NCBI GenBank assembly: GCA_014905635.1
Contig: JABVCE010000004.1
Span: 1,054,001 to 1,118,000, forward strand
DNA from: Scenedesmus sp. PABB004
Lineage: Eukaryota
Length of the DNA stretch: 64,000 bases
Reading direction: 5' to 3'
Both the position numbers and the translations under genes were made by a program. Position 1 is the stretch's first letter, and every line of letters starts with the position of its first letter. Positions 24,944 through 36,936 of the stretch are shown here, piece by piece. The notes under the pieces are model-generated. The model saw only the letters and a program-made list of their open reading frames with translations, was not told the origin of the DNA and made no database searches.

Positions 24944-25848
24944 GCGGCAGGGCGCGCCGCCGCGGTGCCGCGCGGGTCGCGCCGCGCGGCGCGGTCGCCC
25001 GCGCCGGGGGCCGGGCGGCCGGGCCCTGCTGCGCGCTCGCGCGCGCCCCGCCGCACCCTCGATTTTGCGCCACTGGCGCCCGTAGAGCTTGAGCGCCTCC
25101 ACAAACGCCGCATGCTCCTCGTCCGTCCAGCGCTCGCGCGGCTTGGTCACCGTGTAGCGGCGCCGGGCCGCGAGGCTGCTGGTGCTCTCCCCCGGGCCCT
25201 CGCCCCGCCCGGGCTCGCCCGGCCCCGGGGCGCCGCTCATGACGCCGGGGCGGCCTAGCGCCCCATTCCCGTCGACCGTGCGCGCGCCGCGGCGCCTGCG
25301 CGCGGACGCGCTGAGGGCTGCCTGCGGCACGGTGCCTGCTGGGGGGCTGCGGCGCGGCGGGGGCGTGCCTGGGCGTCGACGCGGGGCCGACTGTGGCGGC
25401 GCCGGCGCGCGCGGCGCGCCGGGCCTCGGCGAATCGGGCGCCAAAGTGACGCCATGTAACATATCAGGCGCGCCCCGCGCTCCCCCTTTTCCCTGCGCGC
25501 CTCGCGACGGGTCCGGGCGCTGCGACGCCGCGACCGCTGCGACGCGGAGGCCCGGCGCTGCGCCCCGCGGCCGTGGTCGGCGCGCAGGCCGGGGTCCCTG
25601 CACACCCCGCCCCCCTCTCTCCCGCCGCGCGCTCCGCCGCTCACTCTCGCTCTCGCTTGCCGCAGCGGCTCCTCCTCGCTTTCTCTCGTGCACCAGCCGT
25701 CAGCAGCAGAGCTCCGGACAGTTGCGCCCGGAGCAAATCGGCGCTTGGGTCACGCGCGCGCTCAGTGCGGGCGTCTGGTCGAGATACCCCAAAAGCACAG
25801 CCGGCCGCCCCGGGCGTCCAATTCGCCCGGGGGCGTCGCGCCTGCTGG
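24944..25848 (-). pseudogene. Truncated duplicate of the CCA1/LHY-like gene 5' region (upstream region, exon 1, part of intron 1)
   Basis: Matches 32044-32947 at an offset of 7100 bp. No difference seen by eye over 24944-25657, then more diverged. Lacks exon 2 (SHAQKF helix). Confidence 0.92.
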
Positions 25849-26233
25849 CCGTCAGACCCGTCGCTCCCAAGTGCGTCAGCGGCAGCAGACGAGCAAGCGC
25901 GGTGGTTGCGGGCGCCGCCCCGCCGCGGCTCGGGCGGCCGCAGCAGGGCGGCGCGTGTCGACGTGATGGGATGCAGGCCAGGCTCAGGGAGACCAGTCTT
26001 GCAGACACGGGATGGCGACAGACGGGCAGTGCGAGCAAAAAAACCAGGTGCCACACAGAGACGTGAGGGATGTGCGAGACCGGCCGCCCGGCACAGCTCC
26101 AAACACGAACAACGCACCCAGGAACGCGCTCACTCCCCCGGCAGGTCTCGTGTCCCTCGCTCCCCGTCAAACGCGCGCGCAGCGCTGCCCCGCACGCTGC
26201 ACCAGCTTCCCCCGGGTCTTCCCCCTCGCCCCC

Positions 26234-27675
26234 TCACTTGGCGCCGGCCGGCGCGGCGGGCTCCGCCGGCGCGGCGGGCTCCGCCGGCGCGGCGGGCTCC
26301 GCCGGCGCGGCGGGCTGCGCCGGCGCGGCGGGCTCCGCCGGCACTGGGGGCTCCGCCGCCGGCGCGCCAACGCCAGCGCCCACGGGCGGCGCGCCCGCCG
26401 CGCTGGTGCAGGTGCCGTTGCCGGCGCCAGCGCCGGCGCCGGCGCCGTTGCCGTGGCTGCCGTTGGCGCTGCCGTTGTGGTTGGCGGGGTCGTTGCTCCC
26501 CAGGGCGCTGCGCGGCCCCCCGCATTGCTCCCCCCGCCGCCGCTGCCGCTGCCGCCGCTGCCGCCGTCCGTGATGGCGGCGAGGTGGCTGCCCTTGGGCC
26601 GTGGCGCGGCACCCGGCCTGCTGCCGCCGCTGCCGCTGGAGGGCCCCGCGCCGCCCTGCTTGCCGCTGCCCGCGTCGTCCATGCTGCGGTCGGTGGCGGG
26701 GGCGGGGGCCAGCGCGCCCGGCGGCGCCGGGCCCGGCCCGCCGCCTTCGTGCTGGCCTGCAGGGGCGCCGGTCGAGCTGGCACGCGGGCGCTTGTGGCCG
26801 GCCAGCTTGCTGCCCGGCGGTGCGCCGGGCCCGCTGGCGGCCGCGGCGTCACCGGCAGCGGGGGCCGCGCCCTCTGGCGCGGCAGCTGCAGCGGCCGTGC
26901 CGGCCGCCGCCGCGAGGCGCAGCGAGGCACCGCCAACCACCATGGGCTCGCCGGGCGCCGCCTGCGCAGGCTCGAGCACCTGCGTCTGCGCGGGCCCGTG
27001 CCCCACCGCGCCAGCAGGCGCGGCCTCGGCGGGCGGGGGCGGGACCGCCGCGCCGGCTGGGCCCTTGGCGCGCTTGTGGTCGCGGCGGTCCGCGACCGCG
27101 CAGCTCGCAGGCGCCTCGCCGCGCTGCACCGCCGCCACGCCGGCGACCTCGCCTGCGCCGCCGTCCACCTGCATGCGCGCCGCCTCGCCACCGCCAGCTG
27201 CGGCCGCCGGCGGGCCGCTGCCGCCCGCGGTCGCGGGCGCGGCCGGCGCCGCGCCGCGCGCCGTGCCGACGGCGTGGCCCAGCTGCCGCGCCGCGCCGCG
27301 CGAGGGCTGAACCACGCTGAAGCTGCGCGACGTGCCGGCGTCGCGCTTGCCATCGTCGCCGCGGCCGCGCTTGTGCCCCGCGCCCGCGCCTGCGGCGGCG
27401 CCGCCAGCCGCGGCGCCGGGCGGCTTGTCGCTGCGCGCCGCGCGGCTGTCGGGCTGCGCCGCGAGGTGGTCACCCGGCGGCACGCTGCCGGGCTCGTTGG
27501 AGCCCTCGTCGCTGCCGTTGAGACTGCCGTCGCCCGACGTGCCGGTGCCCTGCCCCCGCTGCTGCCCGTGCCGATGCTGCGCGAGCCGGCCTTGGGGTTG
27601 CTGCGCTCCGGCGACAGGCTGCGCCCGCTCGCCGCGCCTGCCGCGCCGACCGCGTGCATGGGCGGCAGCGGCGCG

Positions 27676-27726
<51 letters not shown>

Positions 27727-30170
27727 GCCGCCGCCGCCGCCGTGGCCGCCGCCGCCGCCGCGGGCGCCGCGCCGCCCTCGGGTGGCGCGGCGCCGCCTGC
27801 AGCTGCCGCGGCGGCGGCGCCGGCGCCCGGCGCCGCGCCCTTGAAGTGGTGGCGCGCCAGGCCGCCCAGCCCGTGCGCGGTCGCCGACGCCGCGAGGCGC
27901 GCCGCGGCGCGGTTGTACGCCGCCGCGGCCGCTGCCGCGGCCTGCAGGTCGCCGCCGCTGGTGGCGGTGTCCTGCTGGTCGTGCTGGTCGCCGCTGCCGT
28001 TGCCCTCGTAGCGCGTGACGCGCGGGCAGTTGGCCTCCTCGCCGCCGGAGCGCTCGCCGGCGCCGTGGAAGCCGCTGCTGCTGGCGCCGCTGCCCACGGA
28101 GCAGGCGGGCGAGCCGGTGCGGTGCTTGCGGCGGCCGTGCTTGCGCGGGCGGCCGCCGGGCAGGTGGCCGTAGCCGTCCGGCGCGGCGCGCTTGCGGTTG
28201 GAGGCGCCGTCGGCGCCGCCGCCGTCCTGCGCGTGCGCGGCCGGCTGCGGGGGGGCGGGGGGCGCCGGGCGGGTGCGCGGGGCGTGAGCGGGGCGCGGGG
28301 CGGGGACGTCCTCGACGGCGCGGGCACGCGCGGCCCCACGCCGCCCTGCAGCGAGCGGGCCCCAGCCCTGGCGCGGAGCGCACCTTGGCGCCGTCGCCGG
28401 ACGCGCGCCGGCCCGCGCTGTGCGGCTTGGCGCCCGCCTGCGGCTCCGCGCCGCCGGCCGCGCCGTCGCGGTCCGCGCGCGCGGGCCGCGGGCTGCCGGG
28501 CGCGCCGCCGACGGCCGCCGCGTCCTGCGCGGCGGACATGCCCTGGTTGGCTCCCGCCATCGCCGCGACTGCCAGGTGCATCGTATAGGGCAGGAAGCTG
28601 GCCGACATGTTGGCCCCGCCCGCCGCGGCGAGGCTGTTGATGGCCGACGGCAGCGCGCCCATCGGCTGCAGCCCAAAGCTCAGCGCCGCGGCCTGCCACT
28701 GCTGCTGCAGCTGGTTCATCGCCGCCGCGCCCTCGGCGCCGGCGGCGCCCGCGCCCGCGCCCGCGCCGGAGCCCTCGGCGCTGCCGCGCTCGGCGCCAGA
28801 GCCCTCGGCACTGCCGCCCTCGGCGTCGCCGGCCGGCGCGCTGTCGCGCCCGCCGGCCGCGCCGCCGCTGCTGGGCGGCAGCTCGGACGACAGCGGCGTG
28901 GCGTTGTGCTCGGCCTTCACCTCTAGCGCGGACGCCAGCGCCGGGGGCGCCGCCGCGGGGCGGGCGCGGCCTCGCCGGGCGCGGCCGTGGCCTGCGCCGG
29001 CGCAGTGCGCGCGCCGGGCGCGGCCGCTGCGGCGGCCTCGCCGCTCGCCGCTGCTGCCAGCACCGCGGCCGGCTGCCCCGCCAGCACGGCCGGCGACACC
29101 GAGCGCTGTGCAGGCTTGGGCGGCGCCGCTGCCAGCGGGGGCGGCGGCGGCGGCAGCGGCGCGGGCCGCGGCACGGCCGTCGCCGGCGTCACCGCCTGCA
29201 CGGCTGCCGCGGGCCTGTCCACCGGCTCGGGCTCCTTGAAGGCCACGCGCTTCTGCGCCGCCCCGCTGCTGCCCGAGCCGGTGCAGCTGGCGCGCCGCAC
29301 CGCCGACGGCGCTGCGCCCTGCGCAGAGCCGCCGGAGCCGCCGCTGCTGCCATCCTCCTTGCCGGCGAGCCGTTGGCTGCCGGCGGCCGCCGCACCGGCG
29401 CTGGCGGGCAGCGCCGCGCCGGCCAGCGAGCTGCCGTGCAGCGCGGTCCCCGTCGCCGTGGCGCTGCCCGGCGTGGACTTGGCGGCCTGCGGCGAGCGCT
29501 CGTGCTGCTGCGGCGCGACGCGCTGCTGCTGGCGGCTCGCGAGCTTGCCCGCGAGGCCTGCCTCGTCCTGGCGGCGCAGCGTGTGCAGCTGCTGGCGAAG
29601 CTGCTGCTGCTGCTGCTGGTTGGCCGCGCCCTGCAGCTCGGCGGCCAGCAGCGCCTCCTGCAGTTGCGCCGCCTGGCTGCCGGCGGCGGCGGCGGCGGCG
29701 GGCCCCAGCAGGCCCGCCGCCGCCGCAGCCGACACCGCCGCCGCCAGCCCGGCGCCACCGTGGCCGTCTGGCTGCTGCTGCATCAGCAGCAGCTGCTGCT
29801 GGTGCTGCTGCTCCACCTGCTGGCGCTGGTGGTGGTGGTGGTGGTGGTGCTGGTGCGCGTTGGCGTGGCTCCAGCCGCCCGCCGCGGCCGTGGCGGCCGC
29901 GAGTGCCGCCGCAAACGGGTTTTGCGCCGCAGGCTCCGCCTGCACCACGTGCATCGCATGGAGCATCGGGTTGATGTGCCCTTGCAGCGTGGCCTGCATC
30001 TGCAGCACGTCGCTGCGCAGCGCCGAGTTGTGCGTCGAGCTCTGCAGCAGGGCGAGCTGCTGCATGAGCAGGAGCTGCGCCTGCAGGTCGGCCGGCGAGT
30101 ACGCCACGCCCGGCCCGACGAGCCCGCCCAGCCAGGGCTGGGCACCGCCGGCCAGCAGCAGCTGCTGCGC

Positions 30171-30201
<31 letters not shown>

Positions 30202-32340
30202 GCCTGCTGCTGCGCCCGCAGGTGCTGCGCCTGGTCGGTGGGCGCGCCCGTGCCGTCGGCGCGCTGCCCGCCTGCGCCCCTGCTGCCGCTACCGCTGCCG
30301 CCGCCGCTGCCGCCGGCGCTGCCGCTGCCGCCCGCGCCGCCGCTGCTGGAATGGGGCGGGCCTGCTGCGGGGGGCCCGCTGCCGCTGCCGCCCGAGCCCA
30401 GCGCACTGCCGCTGCGCACGCCCAGCGCAGCCAGGCCCCTGCCGGCCGGCCAGGGCGTGATGCTGCTCGCGTTGCTGCCGCCCGCGCCCAGCGCGCCTGC
30501 CAGGCCCGCGCCCGCAGCGGCCTGGGTGGCGGCCTGTGCCTGCCGGCTGCTGCGCGGCCGCTCGTCCGGCTGCTGCTGCTGCTGCTGCTGCGCGTCCCTG
30601 CCGCGCAGGTCTGAGGCGTCCGCCGCCGCCCGCGCAGCAACCGCCGCGGGGGCGCGCGTAGACGCGTGCCGCGACGCGTCGGGCGACGCGTCGGGCGCCG
30701 CCTGCGCGAGCTCCGCAGCCTGCAGCTCGGCGCCCTGGCTCACGCGCTGCTGCTCCCGCTGCTCCGCGCGCTCGCCGCTGTCGGCGCGCGCCGCCCGCGG
30801 CAGCTCCTCCGCCTGTGCGAGCTGCGACGCCGACATCTGCACCGGCTGCGGCGCGACGAGGTGCAGCGCCTGCAGCTGCGGCAGCAGCGCCGCGAGCGGG
30901 TTGAGCTGGCCGCCAGCCAGCGTGCTGCCGAGCAGCAGCGCCTGCAGCGCCGCGTCGCCGGGGGGCTGCCCAGCGAGCTCGCCGAGCGGGTGCACCAGGA
31001 ACGGCAGGCACCCGAGCGCCGCCTTCTCCTGGATGCGCGCCTGCACCTGCTCGCCCGCCGCCTGGATGACCGCGGTCGCCGCCGCCGCGGCCGCCGCGGC
31101 CGCCGCCGCCGCGACCGCCTCGACCGTGCGCATGTCGGCCGCCGTCGGCGGCGCGGCCGCGCCGCCGCCGGCCGCCGGCGCCTGCTGCTGCTGCTGCTGC
31201 TGCTGCTGCGCCCACTGCGCCATGTTGAACGCGATGCGCCGCGCCATGTTGCCCGTCAGGTCGCCGCCGGCGCCGCCCAGGAGCTGCTGCGTCGCGCTGT
31301 CCGACGGCGTGAGCTGCTGCTGCTGCTGCTGCGCCGCGGCCGCGTGCCGGTGGTGCTGGTGGTGGCTGTGCGCATGGCGCTGGTGGCCGTGCGCGTGGTG
31401 GTGCGCCGCCAGCGCGGCGCCCCCCAGGCCCACCGGCGCGCCGGGCGGCTGCCCTCCCGCCGCGGCCGCTGCAGCGAGCGGGCTGCCGCTCGTGCCCAGC
31501 TGCGCGCCCGCGAGCAGCTGCCCCAGCAGCGTCGTGCCTGGGTGCGCCGCCGCCAGCGGCGCCTGGCCCAGCGACAGCGCCGGCAGCTGGCCCGTCAGCA
31601 GCGCGTGCTGCTGCTGCTGCGACGAAAGCGGCTGCGACAGCGGCTGCGACAGCGCAACGGACGGCGCTGCTCGCGGGCGCGCGGCGGCGGCGGCAGCAGC
31701 GGGTGAGCGGGACCCCGAGCGCGCGCGCCTGCGCGTCGCGCCGCGCGGCCCCCGCCCGCGCACCCGAGACCGCCGGCTGCGCGCGCTGCCCGGGCTTCTT
31801 CTTGGGGCGCGGCGGCGGTACCTCGATGCGCTCGCCTGCGGCGCGGCGCGGCCGGTAAGCGCGGGCGCGGCTACGGCGGCGGCCGCGGGTGCGGGAGCGC
31901 CGCCGCGCACTCTCGCTGGCGGTGCCCTTGGTGAGCTTGGAGAAGAACTTCTGGGCGTGGGAGCGGATCTGGACGGCGGTCTTGGTGCCGACGTGCTCTG
32001 CGCGCGCGGGGCGGTGGCCTCAGAGACGCGGCAAGGCTGGGCAGCGGCAGGGCGCGCCGCCGCGGTGCCGCGCGGGTCGCGCCGCGCGGCGCGGTCGCCC
32101 GCGCCGGGGGCCGGGCGGCCGGGCCCTGCTGCGCGCTCGCGCGCGCCCCGCCGCACCCTCGATTTTGCGCCACTGGCGCCCGTAGAGCTTGAGCGCCTCC
32201 ACAAACGCCGCATGCTCCTCGTCCGTCCAGCGCTCGCGCGGCTTGGTCACCGTGTAGCGGCGCCGGGCCGCGAGGCTGCTGGTGCTCTCCCCCGGGCCCT
32301 CGCCCCGCCCGGGCTCGCCCGGCCCCGGGGCGCCGCTCAT
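26234..32340 (-). CDS. CCA1/LHY/RVE-like SHAQKYF-class MYB transcription factor with a very long low-complexity tail
   Basis: RRYTVTKPRERWTDEEHAAFVEALKLYGRQWRKIE|EHVGTKTAVQIRSHAQKFFSKL...IEVPPPRPKKKP and the LHY-like [17 protein letters not shown] block. The 3' part needs two +1 corrections, so the end point is tentative. Confidence 0.88.
26247..26345. repeat. 18-nt coding tandem repeat, about 5 copies (AEPAAP)
   Basis: gccggcgcggcgggctcc repeated in tandem. Confidence 0.85.
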
Positions 32341-33423
32341 GACGCCGGGGCGGCCTAGCGCCCCATTCCCGTCGACCGTGCGCGCGCCGCGGCGCCTGCG
32401 CGCGGACGCGCTGAGGGCTGCCTGCGGCACGGTGCCTGCTGGGGGGCTGCGGCGCGGCGGGGGCGTGCCTGGGCGTCGACGCGGGGCCGACTGTGGCGGC
32501 GCCGGCGCGCGCGGCGCGCCGGGCCTCGGCGAATCGGGCGCCAAAGTGACGCCATGTAACATATCAGGCGCGCCCCGCGCTCCCCCTTTTCCCTGCGCGC
32601 CTCGCGACGGGTCCGGGCGCTGCGACGCCGCGACCGCTGCGACGCGGAGGCCCGGCGCTGCGCCCCGCGGCCGTGGTCGGCGCGCAGGCCGGGGTCCCTG
32701 CACACCCCGCCCCCCTCTCTCCCGCCGCGCGCTCCGCCGCTCACTCTCGCTCTCGCTCGCCGCAGCGGCTCCTCCTCGCTTTCTCTCGTGCACCAGCCGT
32801 CAGCAGCAGCGCTCCGGACAGATGCGCCGGAGAAAATCGGCGCTTGGGTCACGCGCGCGCAGTGCGGGCGTCTGGTCGAGATACCCCGAAAGCACACAGC
32901 CGGCCGTCCCGGGCGTCCAATTTGACCGGGGGCGTCGCGCCTGCTGGGCGTTTCGTCCGCCGCGCGCAGTGCGCCGGCCGGGGGTTGAGCGGCGCTTCGG
33001 CCGGCGGCGCGCCCCGTCGCTTCATCGCGCCCCGGCCGCGCGCCGCCCCCACACAGAGCGTGAGGGCGAGCGTGAGAGCGAGAGAGCGCGAGGGGAGAGA
33101 CGGCTGCCACTCCCACCGCGGGCAGCCAGCGCCCACCGGCGCTCGCTCGCGGCTCCCCGGCGCCCGCCGCCCGCTCCACGGGCGTTCGTTGGCGCGGCAG
33201 GTCGACGTGGCGGCAGGCGGGTCAGGGTGCGGGCCAGGAATGCACGCTGCGTGAGGCCGACGAACGATGGGTAGCGCGGAGCGAGCGGTGAGCGGTGGCG
33301 GGCGGCGGGGCCGCGAGGGTGGGTTTGGGCGGCCGGAGGCGGGCCGCGACCGGCCATGCGGCCCCGCGCCGCGCGCCGCCGGCTCAGCGCCGCCGCCGCC
33401 CGCCGCAGGCGCCGCCGCCCTGG

Positions 33424-36031
33424 ATGGCCCTGCACAGCGCGGCGCGCGGGCTGCTGCTGGCGTGCCTGGCGTGGGCGGGCCTGGTGCTGGGCCTGGGCAT
33501 CGCGATCAGCGGCGCTGCGCCGCCGTGGCTGCTGGCGCTGCCCCGCAGCGCGGCGGGCGGCTGGGCGGCGGCCGCGGCCGTCTCCTGGCTCGCGGGCGAG
33601 TGCGCGGCGCGCCTGTACGCACCGGCGCGCCCGCGCAAGCAGGGCCGGTCGCCGCGGCCGCGCGCGGAGGCGGCAGCGGCAGCGGCCCCCGGCACGCCCG
33701 GCGGCGCGGCCGCGCCCGGCGCCGCGGCGGCGCCGCGCGGCCCGCGCGGCAGCGCGGGCGGCGCGGCCGCGGGCGGCGCGGCGGGAGCGGCGGCCGCCGC
33801 GGCCGCGGCGGCGGGGCTGCCCAGCCTGGGCGTGCAGCGCCTGCGCCGCTTCTCGCTGCGCAAGTCGGCGCCGCGGCAGGCGTACAGCGAGGCGCCGGCG
33901 CACTGCGGCGTGGCGCTCGTGCTCTGCGTCAACGCGAGCCCCATCGACCAGGCGGTCGTGAGCGCGCTGCTCGGCGGCGAGGCCTCGCTGAGCCTCGCGT
34001 TTGCGGGCAGCGGCCAGGCCGCGCTCGACGCGGTGCTGTGCGGCGCGTGGCTGCCAGACGTGCTGCTCATGGACGTGGCGCTGCCAGACATGCGCAGCAG
34101 CGAGGTGGGCCGCGCGCCGGCCGCGGCCGTCCCCGCCGCTGCGCGCTGCGCGCTGCGCGCTGCGCGCCGCGCACGCGCGCGCACTCACGTGCCGCCCACG
34201 CGCGCCCACGCGCGCCCGCCCGCGCCACAGGTGACGGCCGCGCTGCGCGCCGTGTACTCGCCGGCGGAGCTGCCCATCGTGCTCATGAGCTCGCGCAGCG
34301 GCGAGGCCGACATGCTCGCCGCGCTCGAGGGCGGCGTGAACGACTTTCTGATCAAGCCGATGCGCCGCACCGAGCTCCTCGCACGCATCAACAGCCAGGT
34401 GCGCCAACAGCCCGGGCGCACGCGGCCGGCCGCCGCCGCAGCCACGGACGCGCCCCGGCGGCGCCGGGGGGCCAGCCGCTGGCGGACGGCTGACGCCGGC
34501 GCCGCGGCGCCCGCGCCCGTCCGCGCCGCGCCGTCGCGCAGCTGATGATCCGGGCGAGCGTGAAGCGCGAGGCCGAGTCGCGCAGCCACTACGAGCTCCT
34601 GGTGCGCATCCTGCCGCCCCACGTGATCCGCCGCCTCGGCGCGGGCGAGACCTGCCTCTCCGACACCCACGACGAGGTGCGGCGCCGCACGCGCCTGCGC
34701 GTGCTGCGCGCGGCTCGTGCGCCCGGCTCGCGCGCCCGGCTCACGCGCCTGCCCGCGTCGTGGGGCCCACCCCAGGTCACCATTCTCTTCAGCGACATCG
34801 TCGGCTTCACCGAGCTCTGCTCCGAGTGGCCGACGCGGGACGTCGTGGAGATGCTCGACGCGCTCTTCACCGCGTTTGACGACCTCTGCGAGACGTGCGC
34901 CCGCGCCCGCGCCCGCGCCCGCGCCGCGTGTGCCGCGCGTGCCGCCCGCCCGCGCGCGCGCCGACCGCCGCGCCGCCGCCGCCGCCGCCCCACCGCCGCC
35001 GGGCCGTAGGCGCGGCGTGTTCAAGGTGGAGACGATCGGCGACTGCTTCATGGCGGTGTGCGGCCACGACGGCTGCGCCGACCACAGCCTGCGCATGGCC
35101 GCGCTCGCCGTCGACATGCTCGCCGCGGCGGAGGGCGTGCAGCGCGCGCTGCTCGCGTCGGGGCGCGGCGGCCCGCGCGTCGCGGTGCGCGTCGGCCTGC
35201 ACACGGGGCCCGCGATGAGCGGCGTGGTCGGCAAGAATCGCCCCCGCTTCTGCTTCTTCGGCGACGCAAGTGCGTCGCCGCCGCGCACGGCGCGGCCGCG
35301 GCCGCGGCCGCGGGCTGTGGCTGGCTGCAGCGGCGGACTGGCCGCCGCGCGGCTCAACAACACGCCGCCGCGCCGCGCGCCGCCGCAGTCAACACGGCGA
35401 GCCGCATGGAGTCGTATGGCTTCCCCATGACGGTCCACGTCAGCGACGCGTGCGCGGCGAGCATGCGCGCGGGCGCGGGCAGCGGCGAGCTGCCGTGGGA
35501 GCTGCTCGACCTCGGGGAGCGCTACATAAAGGGCAAGGGCGTGATGCGCACGCACCTGCTGCGGGTGAGCCGCGCGGGGGCGCGCGCGCTCGCGACAGGG
35601 GGGCCGTCGCCCCGCGCGCGCCGCCGCGCGCCGCGCCGCCCGCCGGCCCGCGCGGCGCCCGACCCCGCGCGCCCTCCGCCCCGTCGCCGCAGGCCGGCGA
35701 GTGGCTGCCTGCGCTGTGCGCGCACCGCATGCGGCAGGAGGCGGGCGCGCCCACGCACGACAGCAGCACCTGCAGCACCAACAGCCCCGTCGCGGCCGCC
35801 GCGGTCGGCTTCCCCGCCGGCACCGGCGAGCAGCGCCTCACCCTTGCCCAGGCGTTTGACAGCCAGGACGACAGCCAGGACGACGAGGAGGCCCGCCTGC
35901 TCGGCCTCTGCTCCGGCGGCGTCCTGACGCCGCCGCCCAGCCCCGGCGCGCGCGTGTCGGCCTGCGGCGGCCCGGGCGCGTGCGGCGGCCGCGCCGAGGA
36001 CTCGGCGCTGTTCTTCAGCCGGCCGCCGTAG
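33424..36031 (+). CDS. Membrane-anchored response-regulator receiver + class III guanylate cyclase
   Basis: Two hydrophobic N-terminal segments. REC domain LPDVLLMDVALPDM...LPIVLMSS...NDFLIKP. Cyclase ILPPHV...VTILFSDIVGFT...FKVETIGDCFM...RVGLHTGP...PRFCFFGDAINTASRMES...IKGKGVMRTH. The E and C specificity residues indicate GTP. Confidence 0.92.
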
Positions 36032-36936
36032 GCGGCGCTCGCCAAGGAGCGGGCCGGCGTCATGGGCGGCCTCGGCGTGCGCGGGCTGTGTGCCTAGGCG
36101 CGTGCCACCAAACACTGGCGGGGGGAGGGGAAACTGCTGCGTTTGTAGTAGAATCGCCGCGCTCCCCAGAGCGACGCGTGCACTGAGCGGCGCGCCCAGC
36201 GTGCTGAGACTGTGTGTGTGCGCGTACGCGCGCGCGTGCGTGTGCGCGTGAGCATGAGAGAGAGAGAAACGGGGGGGGGGGGGGGGCAGGGCCAGCGCTG
36301 CAGCAGACGCATGCGTGTGCGCCTGCTGGAGCAGCTGCTGCCCAGCGTCTCACACGTGGGCTGCTGGCGTCGGCGCCGCCCGCCGTATTGGAGCGCGCCG
36401 CACCTTTGCGCGCGCTCGCCTCACCTCAGTTCAATCTCCCGGAACCTGTTGCGGCACTTGAAAGGGGCGTGCTCGCCCCAGCGTCGTCAACAACAAGCGG
36501 CGGCGCCCGCCGCCGCGGCGCGCCGCGGACGCGGCCGCGCACGAGCGTGGGGTGTGGGGAGGGGCAGAAGCGGCTGCGGGCGGGGCGGTTGCTGCGCACG
36601 AGCGCGGCTGTACAGTGGGCTTCAGAACACCGCGAGTACAGTGGGCTTCGGAACACCGAGTGGGGTGCGCCAGCGCCTTGCTTCTGCTTCCCTCATCAAG
36701 CTACGTTTGCGCGCCGTGCTGTGTGGCACCCACGCGCCTGGAGCGCTGCGCGGCGGCGTGCGTGCGGCGTCTCCCGTCTCTTATTCTGCGTGCGCAGGGC
36801 ATCCCTTCCCGCGTGTGCGCGCGCGCCCCGCCTCGGACCAGGCGGCAGCGCCGGGTAACAAACACTTGCGTTTCCTCTCTCTGTTTGTACACGGCCGCTC
36901 CCGCTCGCGCCCCGCTCCCAGCCCGCTCGCCCGCGG

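Noticed and set aside
28987..32358. 1123-aa Cys-rich plus-strand ORF
   Set aside because: Antisense shadow of the poly-Q/poly-A MYB exon; stop codons are rare at this GC content.
35260..35275. GC donor GAC|GCAAGT in the cyclase gene
   Set aside because: The GT donor 4 nt downstream gives the in-frame GDAINTASRMES.
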